Shown piece after piece: positions 23,401 to 35,215 of a DNA stretch of 64,000 nucleotides. The translations under genes and the position numbers were made by a program. The notes under the pieces are model-generated. The model worked only from the letters and a program-made list of their open reading frames with translations. It was not told the DNA's origin and made no database searches. This stretch comes from Ranitomeya imitator (taxonomy: Eukaryota): positions 16,120,001 to 16,184,000 of the forward strand of contig NC_091288.1 of assembly GCF_032444005.1 (NCBI RefSeq). Reading direction: 5' to 3'. The number at the start of each line of letters is the position of its first letter. The stretch's first letter is position 1.

Positions 23401-26328
23401 CCCTTTAATCCCATATGACATACTATCCTGTCAAGGTGACCTGGGAATTAATTCCCAGTGACGGGATAGTACGTCATATGCGATCGGCCACGCTCACGGG
23501 GAAAGCGCGGCCGGGTGTCAGCTGACTATCGCAGCTGACATCCGGCACTATGTGCCAGGAGCGGTCATGGAGCGCCCCCGGCACATTAACCCCCGGCATA
23601 CTGCGATCAAACATGATCGCAGTGTTCCGGCGGTATAGGGAAGCATCGCGCAGGCAGGGGGCTCCCTGCGTGCTTCCCTGAGACCCCCGGAGCAACGCGA
23701 TGTGATCGCGTTTCTCCGAGCGTCTCTTACCTCCCATCCCTGCAGGCCCTGGATCCAAAATGACCGCGAGGCTGCATCCGGGTCCTGCAGGGACTACTTC
23801 CGGGTCCAGTGCAGGCGCTGGTAAGCCTGCAGCGCTCTAAGTCAGATCGCTGATCTGACAGAGTGCTGTGCAAACTGTCAGATCAGCGATCTGTGATGTC
23901 CCCCCGGGACAAAGTAAAAAAGTTTAAAAAAATAAATAAATTCCGCATGTGTAAAAATAAAAAAAAAATTCCTAAATAAAGAAAAAAAAAGTGTTCCCAT
24001 AAATACATTTCTTTATCTAAATAAAAAAAAAACAATAAAAGTACACATATTTAGTATCGCCGCGTCCGTAATGACCCAACCTATAAAACTGGCCCACTAG
24101 TTAACCTCTTCAGTGAACACCGTAAGAAAAAAAGAAAAGCCAAAAAACAATGCTTTATTAACATACCGCCGAACAAAAAGTGGAATAACACGTGATCAAA
24201 AAGACAGATATAAATAACCATGGTACCGCTAAAAACGTCATCTTGTCCCGCAAAAAACGAGCCACCATACAGCATCATAAGCAAAAAAATAAAAAAGTTA
24301 TAGTCCTGAGAATAAAGCGATGCCAAAATCATTATTTTTTCTATAAAATAGCTTTTATCGTATAAAAGCGCCAAAACATAAAAAAAATATGAATGAGATA
24401 TCGCTGTAATCGTACTGACCCGACGAATAAAACTGCTTCATCCACTTTACCAAACGCGGAACGGTATAAACGCCTCCCCCAAAAGAAATTCATGAATAGC
24501 TGGTTTTTGGTCATTCTGCCTAACAAAAATCGGAATAAAAAGTGATCACGTGCCCGAAAATGTTACCAATAAAAACGTCAACTCGTCCCGCAAAAAACAA
24601 GACCTCACATGACTCTGTGGACCAAAATATGGAAAAATTATAGCTCTCAAAATGTGGAGACGCAAAACCTTTTTTGCTATAAAAAGCGTCTTTTAGTGTG
24701 TGACAGCTGCCAATCATAAAAATTCGATATAAAAAAACGCTATAAAAGTAAATCAAACCCCCCTTCATCACCCCCTTATTTAGGGAAAAATAATAAAATT
24801 AAAAAAAATGTATTTATTTCCATTTTCCCATTAGGGTTAGGGCTAAAGTTAGGGTTTGGATTACATTTACGGTTGATTAGGGTTAGGGGTGTGTCTGGGT
24901 TAGAGGTGTGGTTAGGGTTACCGTTGGGATTAGGGTTAGGGGTGTATTTGGATTAGGGTTTGTTATAATTGGGGAGTTTCCACTGTTCAGGCACATCAAG
25001 GGGTCTCCAAATGCGACATGGCGTCCGATCTCAATTCCAGCCAATTCTGCGTTGAAAAAGTAAAACAGTGCTCCTTCCCTTCCGAGCTCTCCCGTGCGCC
25101 CACACAGGGGTTTACCCCAACATATGGGGTATCACCATACCCGGGACAAATTGGACAACAACTTTTGGGGTCCAAGTTCTCTTGTTATCCTTGGGAAAAT
25201 AAAAATATGGGGGGCTAAAAAATCATTTTTGTGGAAAAAAAAATTTTTTTATTTTCACGGCTCTGCGTTATAAACTGTAGTGAAACACTTGGGGGTTCAA
25301 AGTTCTCACAACACATCTAAATAAGTTCCTTGGGAGGTCTAGTTTCCAATATGGGGTCACTTGTTGGGGGTTTGTACTGTTTGGGTACATCAGGAGCTCT
25401 GCAAATGCAACGTGACGCCTGCAGACCAATCCATCTAAGTCTGCATTCCAAATGGCGCTCCTTCCCTTCCGAGCTCTGCCATGCGCCCAAACAGTGGTTC
25501 CCTCCACCCCCCACCCCCCCACATACGGGGTATCAGCGTACTCAGGACAAATTGGACAACAACTTTTTGGGTCCAATTTCTTCTCTTACCGTTGGGAAAA
25601 TAAAAAATTGAGGGCGAAAAATCATTTTTGTGAAAAAATATGATTTTTTATTTTTACGGCTCTGCATTATAAACTTCTATGAAGCACTTGTTGGGTCAAA
25701 GTGCTCACCACACATCTAGATAAGTTCCTTAGGGGGTCTACTTTCCAAAATAGTGTCACTTGTGGGGGGTTTCAATGTTTAGGCACATCAGTGGCTCTCC
25801 AAACACAACATGGCGTCCCATCTCAATTCCAGTCAATTTTGCATTGAAAAGTCACACGGCACTCCTTCCCTTCCGAGCTCTGCCATGCGCCCAAACAGTG
25901 GTTTACCCCCACATATGGGGTATCAGCGTACTCAGGACAAATTGTACAACTTTTGGGGTCAATTTTCTACTGGTATCCTTGGTAAAATAAAACAAATTGG
26001 AGCTGAAATAAATTTAGTGTGAAAAAAAAGTTAAATGTTCATTTTTATTTAAACATTCCAAAAATTCCTGTGAAACACCTGAAGGGTTAATAAACTTCTT
26101 GAATGTGGTTTTGAGCACCTTGACGGGTGCAGTTTTTAGAATGGTGTCACACTTGGGTATTTTCTATCATATAGACCCCTCAAAATGACTTCAAATGAGA
26201 TGTGGTCCCTAAAAAAAAAAATGGTGTTGTAAAAATGAGAAATTTCTGGTCAACTTTTAACCCTTATAACTCCCTAACAAAAAAAAATTTTGGTTCGAAA
26301 ATTGTGCTGATGTAAAGTGTTTCAGGAG
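23401..26328. mobile_element. Large piggyBac-type non-autonomous element, right end lost
   Basis: TTAA|CCCTTT start. Colinear with 35216-38837 (same GATCGC palindromes, AT-rich body, internal ~430-bp tandem units and short TTAGGG patch at 24830-24960). Confidence 0.75.
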
Positions 26329-27459
26329 GTCCACTCTGCTTTTGTTGGATTCTGAATGAAGGACGCTGGCTAGAATTTCTTGATTACATGGGAGCATATA
26401 ATAGCTGACTGCTACTCCACGTTTTCCAGTCTAAAAGAACACACTTTATTTACAGCACACAGAATATATAACACAGATACACAGGGCAGGCCAATAGAAA
26501 AAACAGGCCGGACATACATTACAATAGCCGCAGGGGGCCGGAGCCTGCTGGTATTTACTGTGGGAATTACAAAGGTGGGGGAGGTCAGAAAGATAATATC
26601 TTGTCCAGGGGCGCAGCCTGTGGACTGATGCATGTCACATGGAAACTTATACATAATATATATAGCATAACATATTCTTGGTACTGGGGGTTCTGTAACA
26701 CAAGCGCTGTTATTCTTTTATTTTGTAAATTAAATTAAATAAATTCTGAATATCTTTATTAAGGCACCAAAGAAACGGAGTGTTAAACACAGCCGTATCC
26801 CAATTAAAATAATACATTTTATTAACGAACTTCATAAAAAATATATATTTATAAAAACCGTAAGACAAATACCACAGGTACAACAACGATTTGGGTGGGT
26901 ACACCCGGGGGTATTGATGATGCTCACAGATAGTGTTGTACAGAGCAAAATTTATACATAAGTTATCTGTTAAATGTGTATCTCATTATGCACACGTAAT
27001 GTTACTCTATAAGCTATCATACAGTAAGAAAGAAACAAATCCTCAATACATCAGGAAGCCAATGGTGAAAAAAAGCTGCAGTAAAAAACACAGTAACACA
27101 AGTAAACCCCTATTCTAATAGGCAAAGTTGTAATGAGAAGGTAAAGGTGTGTGGTATATAAGGCAAGATAAAGGAGCCTCCTGTATGCACCGAATTAATA
27201 ATGGCAAAATAAGATATACATATATGTCCAATGTGATGGCATAGTAGAGGTACCTACATAATAGACCAAAGGTACAAAAAGGTATAGTTACATGAAGATA
27301 AACACCCGGGGGACCCATCACACCGATGCGCGTTTCGCTTGGAAATGCTTAATCCAAGCAAAATGTGCATCGGATGTGGTGGGTCCCTCGGGTTTTCACG
27401 TGGTTCTGAGAAAGTGAGAACGTTGATTAGGATCACTGCTCTGGAAACTGTCTGATGGC

Positions 27460-28740
27460 GGGGGGCCGGTAATTGTGATTATGCACCATATGTGGGGGAA
27501 AACTACTGTTTGGGGGCACAGGAGCGCTTGGAAGGGAAGGTGTCATTTTTTGTATGCAAAATTTGTTGAAATAATTAGTGGGTGCCATGTTATGTTTGGA
27601 GAGCCCCTAATGTGCCTAAGCAGTGGAACCTCCCCCCCCCCCCCCCCCACATGTGACACCATTTTGGAAACTAGGCCCCTTAGGTAACTTACCTAGATGT
27701 GTGGTGAGCACCTTGAACCCTCAGGTACTTCACAGAAGTTTATAACATTGAGCAGTAAAAATAAAAAAAATCACATTTTCCCCACAAAAATGTTTTTAAG
27801 CACCAAATTTAGTATTTTCATAAAGGTAACGTGTGAAATCGATGCCTATAACCCTGTATGTAACCCCTTTCTCATGTACAGCACCATGGAATTAATGGTG
27901 CTATATAAATAAATAATAATAATTAATAATAATAATAAATTGCACCATACAATTTGTTGTTCAATGTCGCTTCAGTACACCGATACCCCATATGTGGGGG
28001 TAAAATACTGTTTAGTCTCGTGGCAGGGCTCAGAAAAGGAGTGACGTTTTGGAACGCAGACTTTGATGGAATGGTCTGCTGGTTTCATGTCTCGTTTTGA
28101 GAGCCTAAACAGTGGAATACCCCCACAAGTGACCCCATTTTGAAAGCTAGACCCCTCAAGGAATGTATTCAAATGTGTGGTGAGCACCTTGAACCCTCAG
28201 CTGCTTCACAGAAGTCTATAACGTAGAGCAGTGAAAAGATTTAAAAAAAAAAAAAAAACATTTTTCCCACATAAATGTTATTTTAGCTCCAGTTTTTATA
28301 TTTTTCACAAGGATAGTAGGAGAAAATGGACTCCAAACTTTGCACTTTTTCCTGATGACGCCAATACCCTATATGCGGTTGAAAACTACTTTTGAGACAC
28401 ATTGCAAAGCTCAGAAGGGAAGCGCCATATTGGAGTTCACATTTATCTGGACTGGTTTGCGGGTGCCATGTCACATTAGCAGAGCCCCTAAGGTGCCAAA
28501 ACGGTAGAATCCCCCATAAGAGACCCCATTTTACAAACTACACCTCTCAAATAATTCACCTAGGGGTGCAGTGATCATATTGACTCCACAGATGAGTCAC
28601 AGAATTTTATACAATTAGGCAATGAAGACAAAATTATTATATTTTTACCACTAAAATTTAATTTTAGCCCCAGATTTTAACATTTTCACACGAGGAAAAA
28701 TAGCACCAAAATTTGTCCGCTAATTTCTGCTGAATGTAGC
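27460..28740. mobile_element. Older fragment of a related piggyBac-type family, opposite orientation
   Basis: Repeated units ccccacaagtgaccccattttg(g)aa..agacccctcaagga are the reverse complement of the internal units at 25.3-25.8 kb. Confidence 0.5.
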
Positions 28741-28792
28741 TGTGACTATTTTTTTTACTTCATAATAATAATTATTTATGGGTGTATATATA

Positions 28793-29105
28793 CAGTTGAA
28801 ACCAGAAGTTTCCATCCACTATAAAAAGACACATCTGCAAGTTTTTCTCCATATTTGACATGAAATCAGAATAAACCTTTCCCGTGTAGGACAATTAGGA
28901 TTACCATAATTATTAATATTTGCCAAATGCCAGAATATTGAGAGAGAGAGAATGTTTTAAGGCATTTTTATTACTTACTGCAAAGTCAAAAGTTTCCATC
29001 CATGTCATTAGTATTTGGCATCACTGCCCTTAAACTGAATTACTTGGGTTAGACGTTTGGGATCTCCTTCCACAAGCTTCTCACAATAGTTGGTCGGAAT
29101 TTACT
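28793..29105 (+). mobile_element. Tc1-like 5' fragment
   Basis: TA|CAGTTGAAACCAGAAGTTT terminus followed by typical Tc1 5' UTR sequence. No transposase. Confidence 0.6.
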
Positions 29106-31316
29106 GCCGGGTACTTGATCATTATTTTGTTATCCTAGGTTTTGTCTGTTAATTTCCACCATATTCCATTATAAGCGACAGACTTAAAATTAAACAATTG
29201 AAGAATGGATATCACTCATGACATCTCTTCTATTGTGGGTGTCCCACCAGAGTTTGGAGGGGGTGGTATGGTAAAGGGGTAAAATCCAAATGTTTCTGAG
29301 TGGGGTTTCTGGTTACAGTTGTGCTACAATCTTTATTTGTAAACAAAATTAAAGAAATGAAGGGACTTTTTGTTCCACTTCCATGACTAAGAATATGAAG
29401 AAACTGCGTAAGGCTTTTGCCTGGTTAAAAAAGAAACTTTAGTGACTAGAGCAACGTCCGAGCAGTTCCCCAGTGAGATCAGATTTAGAAGCTAAAAGAA
29501 AAATATATTCTAACCAATCAATGTAAAAATAAACTCTTCAACTCTTATCCAAAGTTCTGATGATAAAGGAAAGTTTTGTCGAAGATTCCAAGTGGTGTTT
29601 AGACCAGAACATGAATATACGGCCTCCATTACTCACTTTATATCTGGTGATGGCGCAGATTCAGGGACCAAAGAAAGCGACGCTTGCGACCTTAGTAATG
29701 ATGCCAACACCGTGACTTCTAAGGATAGCGCCATCTATTAATGTACAACTTTTTGGAAATCTAGAAAAATAATCTGAAGCAAATACCTGTAGGATGCCGG
29801 TTATATTTCCAAATTAACAATAATACGATTGCTATTTTTGTATTTATCTTGACTTTGAAAAAAAACACAACAAAGTACATGAACAACAGAATAATGCCAT
29901 TAAATAACTTGCAAATAACAAGTCCTCGTACGGCTGTATCGCCAGAGAAGTAAAGTTAAGGCTCTTAGTGATCGTGATCTGGATTGCAGCTCAATCGTCT
30001 GATGATGGATTTAATTTCGCCTTGGAGAACTGCCTCTCCTGTGTTAAATAATAGTTAAAAGAATAAGTAAGTTCTATTAACATTTTTTTAAAAATGCATA
30101 AAAACAATATAAAAGGCTAAAATAAGTTTTAAAGTAAACCGGGTTTTTTATTCTTGCTGATAGTATAAGCATTGGGGTAGAACTTTAAGGAAGAAAGAAA
30201 AACACAAATTCTCCATTAAGATGCAGTATAGGAAAGTTAGTCTTACGTGTGTAGATATATGGAAGGGTAACAATAAAATCTCACTAAGAAAAAAACCCTT
30301 TTAAAATATAACTTTTACCAAGTTTTGTTAAAAATTGAAGTTTTATACCCACACCAAGGTGAAAGTGCGATGTGCAAAAAAAATAAAGATAAATATAATA
30401 GTTGTAGGTAACTAATATAACCAGAAGGTAGGCTAGTATAATGTATCAAAATCTAGCCCAATGACCTTCTGTCAATTGCAGTAGTATACTAAATTCTCAT
30501 TGCTAGAGATGTTGGGTATCGCCGTAATCTGACCACAAGGGTTTTATGTTAAATGTAATGTGAAAGGCGACCATAGTCCTACAACATAACTCCTCATCGA
30601 TGGACGTAGTATAACCCAGAAATGTACCTTAGTGCTACCTACATCAATGGTAGATCCTACTGTGCCAGTGTCTACAGTAACTGTGCTAACGATATAGTCA
30701 ATCATACTCAGCCGAAGTGGATAAAGGGGTGAACTGACACTATATGCCTCCTCTACTGTTCACTTACCTATATGCGGAGGTTGCCACCCTAAGATGGTGA
30801 GAAGTGACGCCCCCGCTTGTGCGTCCGCTGTCCCTGTGCTTCTGTACCAGCCCCTAACCAGACGTAAAGAATGAAACAGAGGGCCAGTTGGCCTATATAT
30901 GTTGCTGGTAATACTCTGTCGTAGGCACGATATGTAGTGGGGAAGATAAAAAAACCCAGAGCACAAACCGGAAACTAGATGTCACCATGCATAACAGCAG
31001 TAAACATTTATATCACAATCAATTGGCCAAAGGATTAACCTTGCGAAAAATACATAGGGTCACAATAGAGTGCTTATCTGTATAGACATGGTGCTCCAGA
31101 TACACAGGTAAATGCCAAAGTCAATCTCGACTCGTTTCCCCCATAACTGGGTTCAACAGGAGATACCGATGCACTAACATATGGCCAAGGATCGATGTCC
31201 TATGGATGAAGAAAGTTACACATTTCACTATGGAATGAAAAGTTTGCGCCTTGCGCCACCCTTGCCCGTACAGGGGTTAACTTGCCTGGCTATTCTGCTG
31301 AACAGATAACAAATCT

Positions 31317-33032
31317 GAAAAAGAGTGGTATTCACCTGCGCTGTCTACAAAAACGAACAATAAAATGAAAAATAAATGAATAAGAGAGCACTTACTTAAT
31401 GAGTAATCATTGGTTATGCAGTGGATGTTGTAATGGGTCTTTAAAGTACTACCAGAATCTTAGGGGAATGAGGAGAGAAAAAAAGACAAACATTTACCCC
31501 CCTTTTTTTTTTTTATTGGTGAATATAGTGAGACTAAATAGATTTATAATATATACTCACTCAGATATTAAATGGAAATGTGCAATGAAGAGACGTGATC
31601 CCTGTGTATCTGCAATTGATGCGGGTATTGTGATGACCACGGTTGCTTAATCTTCAGAGGTTTATAGTAGATGCCCCTGCTTAGATAAATGTACAACCTT
31701 TATAGGTAATGGTGGTTTTAAATAAATGTGGTCTAGTTTTCCCAGTACACAATAAACTTACTGCTGGTGGGAGTAGCGTAGGATTCCGTTCGGTTAAGGT
31801 AGTAAGATGACCATCAGATGCTGGCTGACAAGGATTACTGTGATTAGAATGGATTGCCCATATGTTGAGATGAGGAGAAATGCTCCCCTAGTATGTTGGA
31901 GCACTAATATGCCACAATTGCTATGTGCACATAAAATATGCTATACTCACTGTGGTGCTGAGTGCGGAGGGAAGCGGTTCCGGAAAGTCTGAGCCACCGC
32001 TAGGTGTACCACTATGACAGAGCGGTAGGTTAAGGAGAGAGTGGCGGCAGAAGCCGTGCGACCGCGAAACCTTGCGTGCCCCGGCCGGATGCAGCGCTGA
32101 GGTAGCGGTCGGAGATTAACCCTGATGAAGAGGGCCTGAGCCCTTGAAATGCATTGGTTTGCTGACTAGCTATACTAGCACACCTGTCCTCTTTAGCCCC
32201 GTAGCGTGGTAACGTCACCAGCAGCTCTGCCCACCCTCTCCGACCGCTACCTCAGCGCTGCATCCGGCCGGGGCACGCAAGGTTTCGCGGTCGCACGGCT
32301 TCTGCCGCCACTCTCTCCTTAACCCACCGCTCTGTCATAGTGGTATACCTAGCGGTGGCTCAGACTTTCCGGAACCGCTTCCCTCCGCACTCAGCACCGC
32401 AGTGAGTATAGCATATTTTATGTGCACATAGCAATTGTGGCATATTAGTGCTCCAACATACTAGGGGAGCATTTCTTCTCATCTCAACATATGGGCAATC
32501 AATTCTAATCACAGTAATCCTTGTCAGCCAGTATCTGACGGTCATCTTACTACCTTAACCTAACGGAATCCTGCGCTACTCCCACCAGCAGTAAGTTTAT
32601 TGTGTACTGGGAAAACTAGACCACATTTATTTAAAACCACCATTACCTATAAAGGTTGTACATTTATCTAAGCAGGGGCATCTACTATAAACCTCTGAAG
32701 ATTAAGCAACCGTGGTCATCACAATACCCGCATCAATTGCAGATACACAGGGATCACGTCTCTTCATTGCACATTTCCATTTAATATCTGAGTGAGTATA
32801 TATTATAAATCTATTTAGTCTCACTATATTCACCAATACAAACATTTACCCCCCTTTTTTTTTTTTTTTTTTCTCTCCTCATTCCCCTAAGATTCTGGTA
32901 GTACTTTAAAGACCCATTACAACATCCACTGCATAACCAGTGATTACTCATTAAGTAAGTGCTCTCTTATTCATTTATTTTTCATTTTATTGTTCGTTTT
33001 TGTAGACAGCGCAGGTGAATACCACTCTTTTT
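31317..33032. repeat. ~1.7-kb palindrome: ~800-bp inverted arms with a ~120-bp loop
   Basis: 31317-32115 is the near-perfect reverse complement of 32237-33032; the ORF track shows near-identical 61-aa ORFs at 31807+ and 32360-. Confidence 0.93.
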
Positions 33033-33336
33033 CATTTTATATACTTTACAGGTCTACACAGAACCTGTCACAATCACCAGCAGCACTCTACATTCAGCAA
33101 TTTTGTTTCCCCACTAGGGACTATCAGGAGCGCCAGTGCTTTTTACTTTCTTTTTTAGATAACAAATCTGTGTTATATCAGCACGTAATAAAGTAGTTGT
33201 GAAAGTGAAAACAGCTCTGGGACTTTCTGTGCAGTTTTCAGAATGTACATACGCCAGAAGGATTTGTACAGAAAGGTAACGACACCTGTATAGAGAACAG
33301 TGCTCTCGAGACTTCTGAGGCACTTTGGAATTGAGG

Positions 33337-33962
33337 ATGAAAACAGTAAGGCCACGGAAGCCAAAGAGAAGGACCATGAATAATCGATGTTTGTTGAGTG
33401 AAGATGAGAGAAAGCAGGCCACGGAAGCTAAAGAACAAACCCAACGACTATTATCTGATGCTCTGAAGAAAAAGGAAAGTCTCCTGGTGGAAGATCCCGA
33501 GGTGTTTGGAGAACTAAATTTGAAGAAGCTTTGTCCATTCCTAACCACAGATCTGGTGGAGGAGCTGATCCGAGAACTAGAGAAAGTGACATTTGCAAAA
33601 AATAAAGATCCCAAGCAAGATATTGGAATTAGTGCGTATGTATACCGCGGCTCTGAAGATAGAACCATCTACCTATGTGCACCATTTTGGAAAATGGATT
33701 CAAAATTTAAATCCCAGCAAGATACAATTATCCACGAGGTTTCCCACTTTATTGGTTATGGTGATACAGTCCAGAAGAACACTGAGGGAGTGCAGAAGTC
33801 TCCACAGTCCATGTTGTGTCCTCAGACCGCTTACTCAGTGGGTTTAGCCCTGACATTGGACATGGATCATCCTGGAACCTTCACAGATGGCTCCTACTCC
33901 TGCTGTGGTGAGACCTCCCGGGACACCGTGTGCGAGAAATCCTGGATCTGTAACCACATCAG
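33337..33962 (+). CDS. M35/aspzincin-like metallopeptidase gene copy 2, peptidase exon
   Basis: Acceptor ttttcag|AAT at 33241, with in-frame ATGs at 33337 and 33376. Encodes AYVYRGSEDRTIYLCAPFW and TIIHEVSHFIGYGD. Donor AG|GTAGGT at 33962/33963. Confidence 0.75.
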
Positions 33963-34000
33963 GTAGGTGTCACATATTTATCTATTTCTAGACAGTATAA

Positions 34001-35060
34001 ATCGCTGTGAATGTAGTGACTCATAAATCCAGGTGTTAAATTGAGTCCTAGTGTCAACGAATTGAACATATTCATTAGTTTGAATTCACAAATTTTTCTT
34101 TCCCTGTGATCCTTAAAATGACCTTTTAGTATTAAGACTTTTAAATCTGTCATACTGTGTCCAGGTCCAGAGAAATGTTTTCCCACAGGTGTGTCCATTT
34201 CATTCCTGATTGTGTGTCTGTGTAGATTCATCCTTGTTTGTATTCTTTGCATGGTTTCCCAAATATAAATACTTCCAGGGCACCTCGTACATAGTATCTG
34301 TCACGCCGTAAGCGGCGATAAAGGGGCAGGACGGCGTACTGGGACCCGCACCTGTCCCTACCACTTTAATGGGGCCCTGGCTTTCCCTTATCTCGGGGGT
34401 ACCTATGATGGTTAGGAGGCCCGAGCTGCCAGCGTATCACTGTCTCCTGTGCAGGCCCTATCAGTGGCCCCCTCTCCCCCCAAAGGAGGTGGACTGCACC
34501 AGTGTAATAATACAACAAATAGGAGGGTATACAGACAAGGTAACTAAAAGATTCAAACTCACCAAATGCTCACACAACCACAGAAGTAACACATAGAAGG
34601 GAAGATAAGGAAAAAACTAAGAAGGAAAACAGGTTTAACATGCAACCAAAACAGCAGACACCAATCTCTGTAAATAAACCTCCAACACCAACACTATGCT
34701 CCTTCAACCTCCAAGCCAGGCAGTAGAACTGATCACTGACTCTAGCTGTAGTCAGGACTGGGTCTATATAGAGGATCAGATTACAAAATCCACTTCAGCT
34801 GAGAGAGACCCAGCTCTCAGCAATAAAGTTAACTCCTGCACTGCTGGCACAAAGCAGCCAGGTCAGAATACAGGTGAAGAGCTTCTGTTCACTGTGTGTG
34901 AATGAGGCCCAGAGCGCTGCGGTTCTCTGGAACCTCTCTGTCGCGGTAGTCCCGTGACAGTATCATGTACACCACGTTGGAGGATGTACATGAAAAGGAA
35001 CCCGTGACCTTATAGTCCTGATTTGTGTTTGGTACACGGACTATATTTGTTGGTAATAGT
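34001..35060 (-). mobile_element. Penelope-like element GIY-YIG fragment (minus arm), interrupted by a solo LTR
   Basis: With the LTR removed it reads YKVTGSFSCTSSNVVYMILCTRCPGSIYIWETMQRIQTRMNLHR..PVGKHFSGPGH..EFKLMNMFNSLTLGLN. Confidence 0.85.
34299..34959. mobile_element. Solo LTR
   Basis: TGTCACG...CGTGACA termini, with a 5-bp TSD GTATC at 34294-34298 and 34960-34964. Confidence 0.88.
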
Positions 35061-35215
35061 GACGGGCACATTCCCTTGTAACAATAAAAAATGCAAAACG
35101 TGTACCCACATATTACCAACAAATATAGTTCGGACACACCTGTGGGAAAACATTTCTCTGGTCCTGGAAACAGTGTGACAGATTTAAAATTCTTAATACT
35201 AAAAGGTCATTTTAA

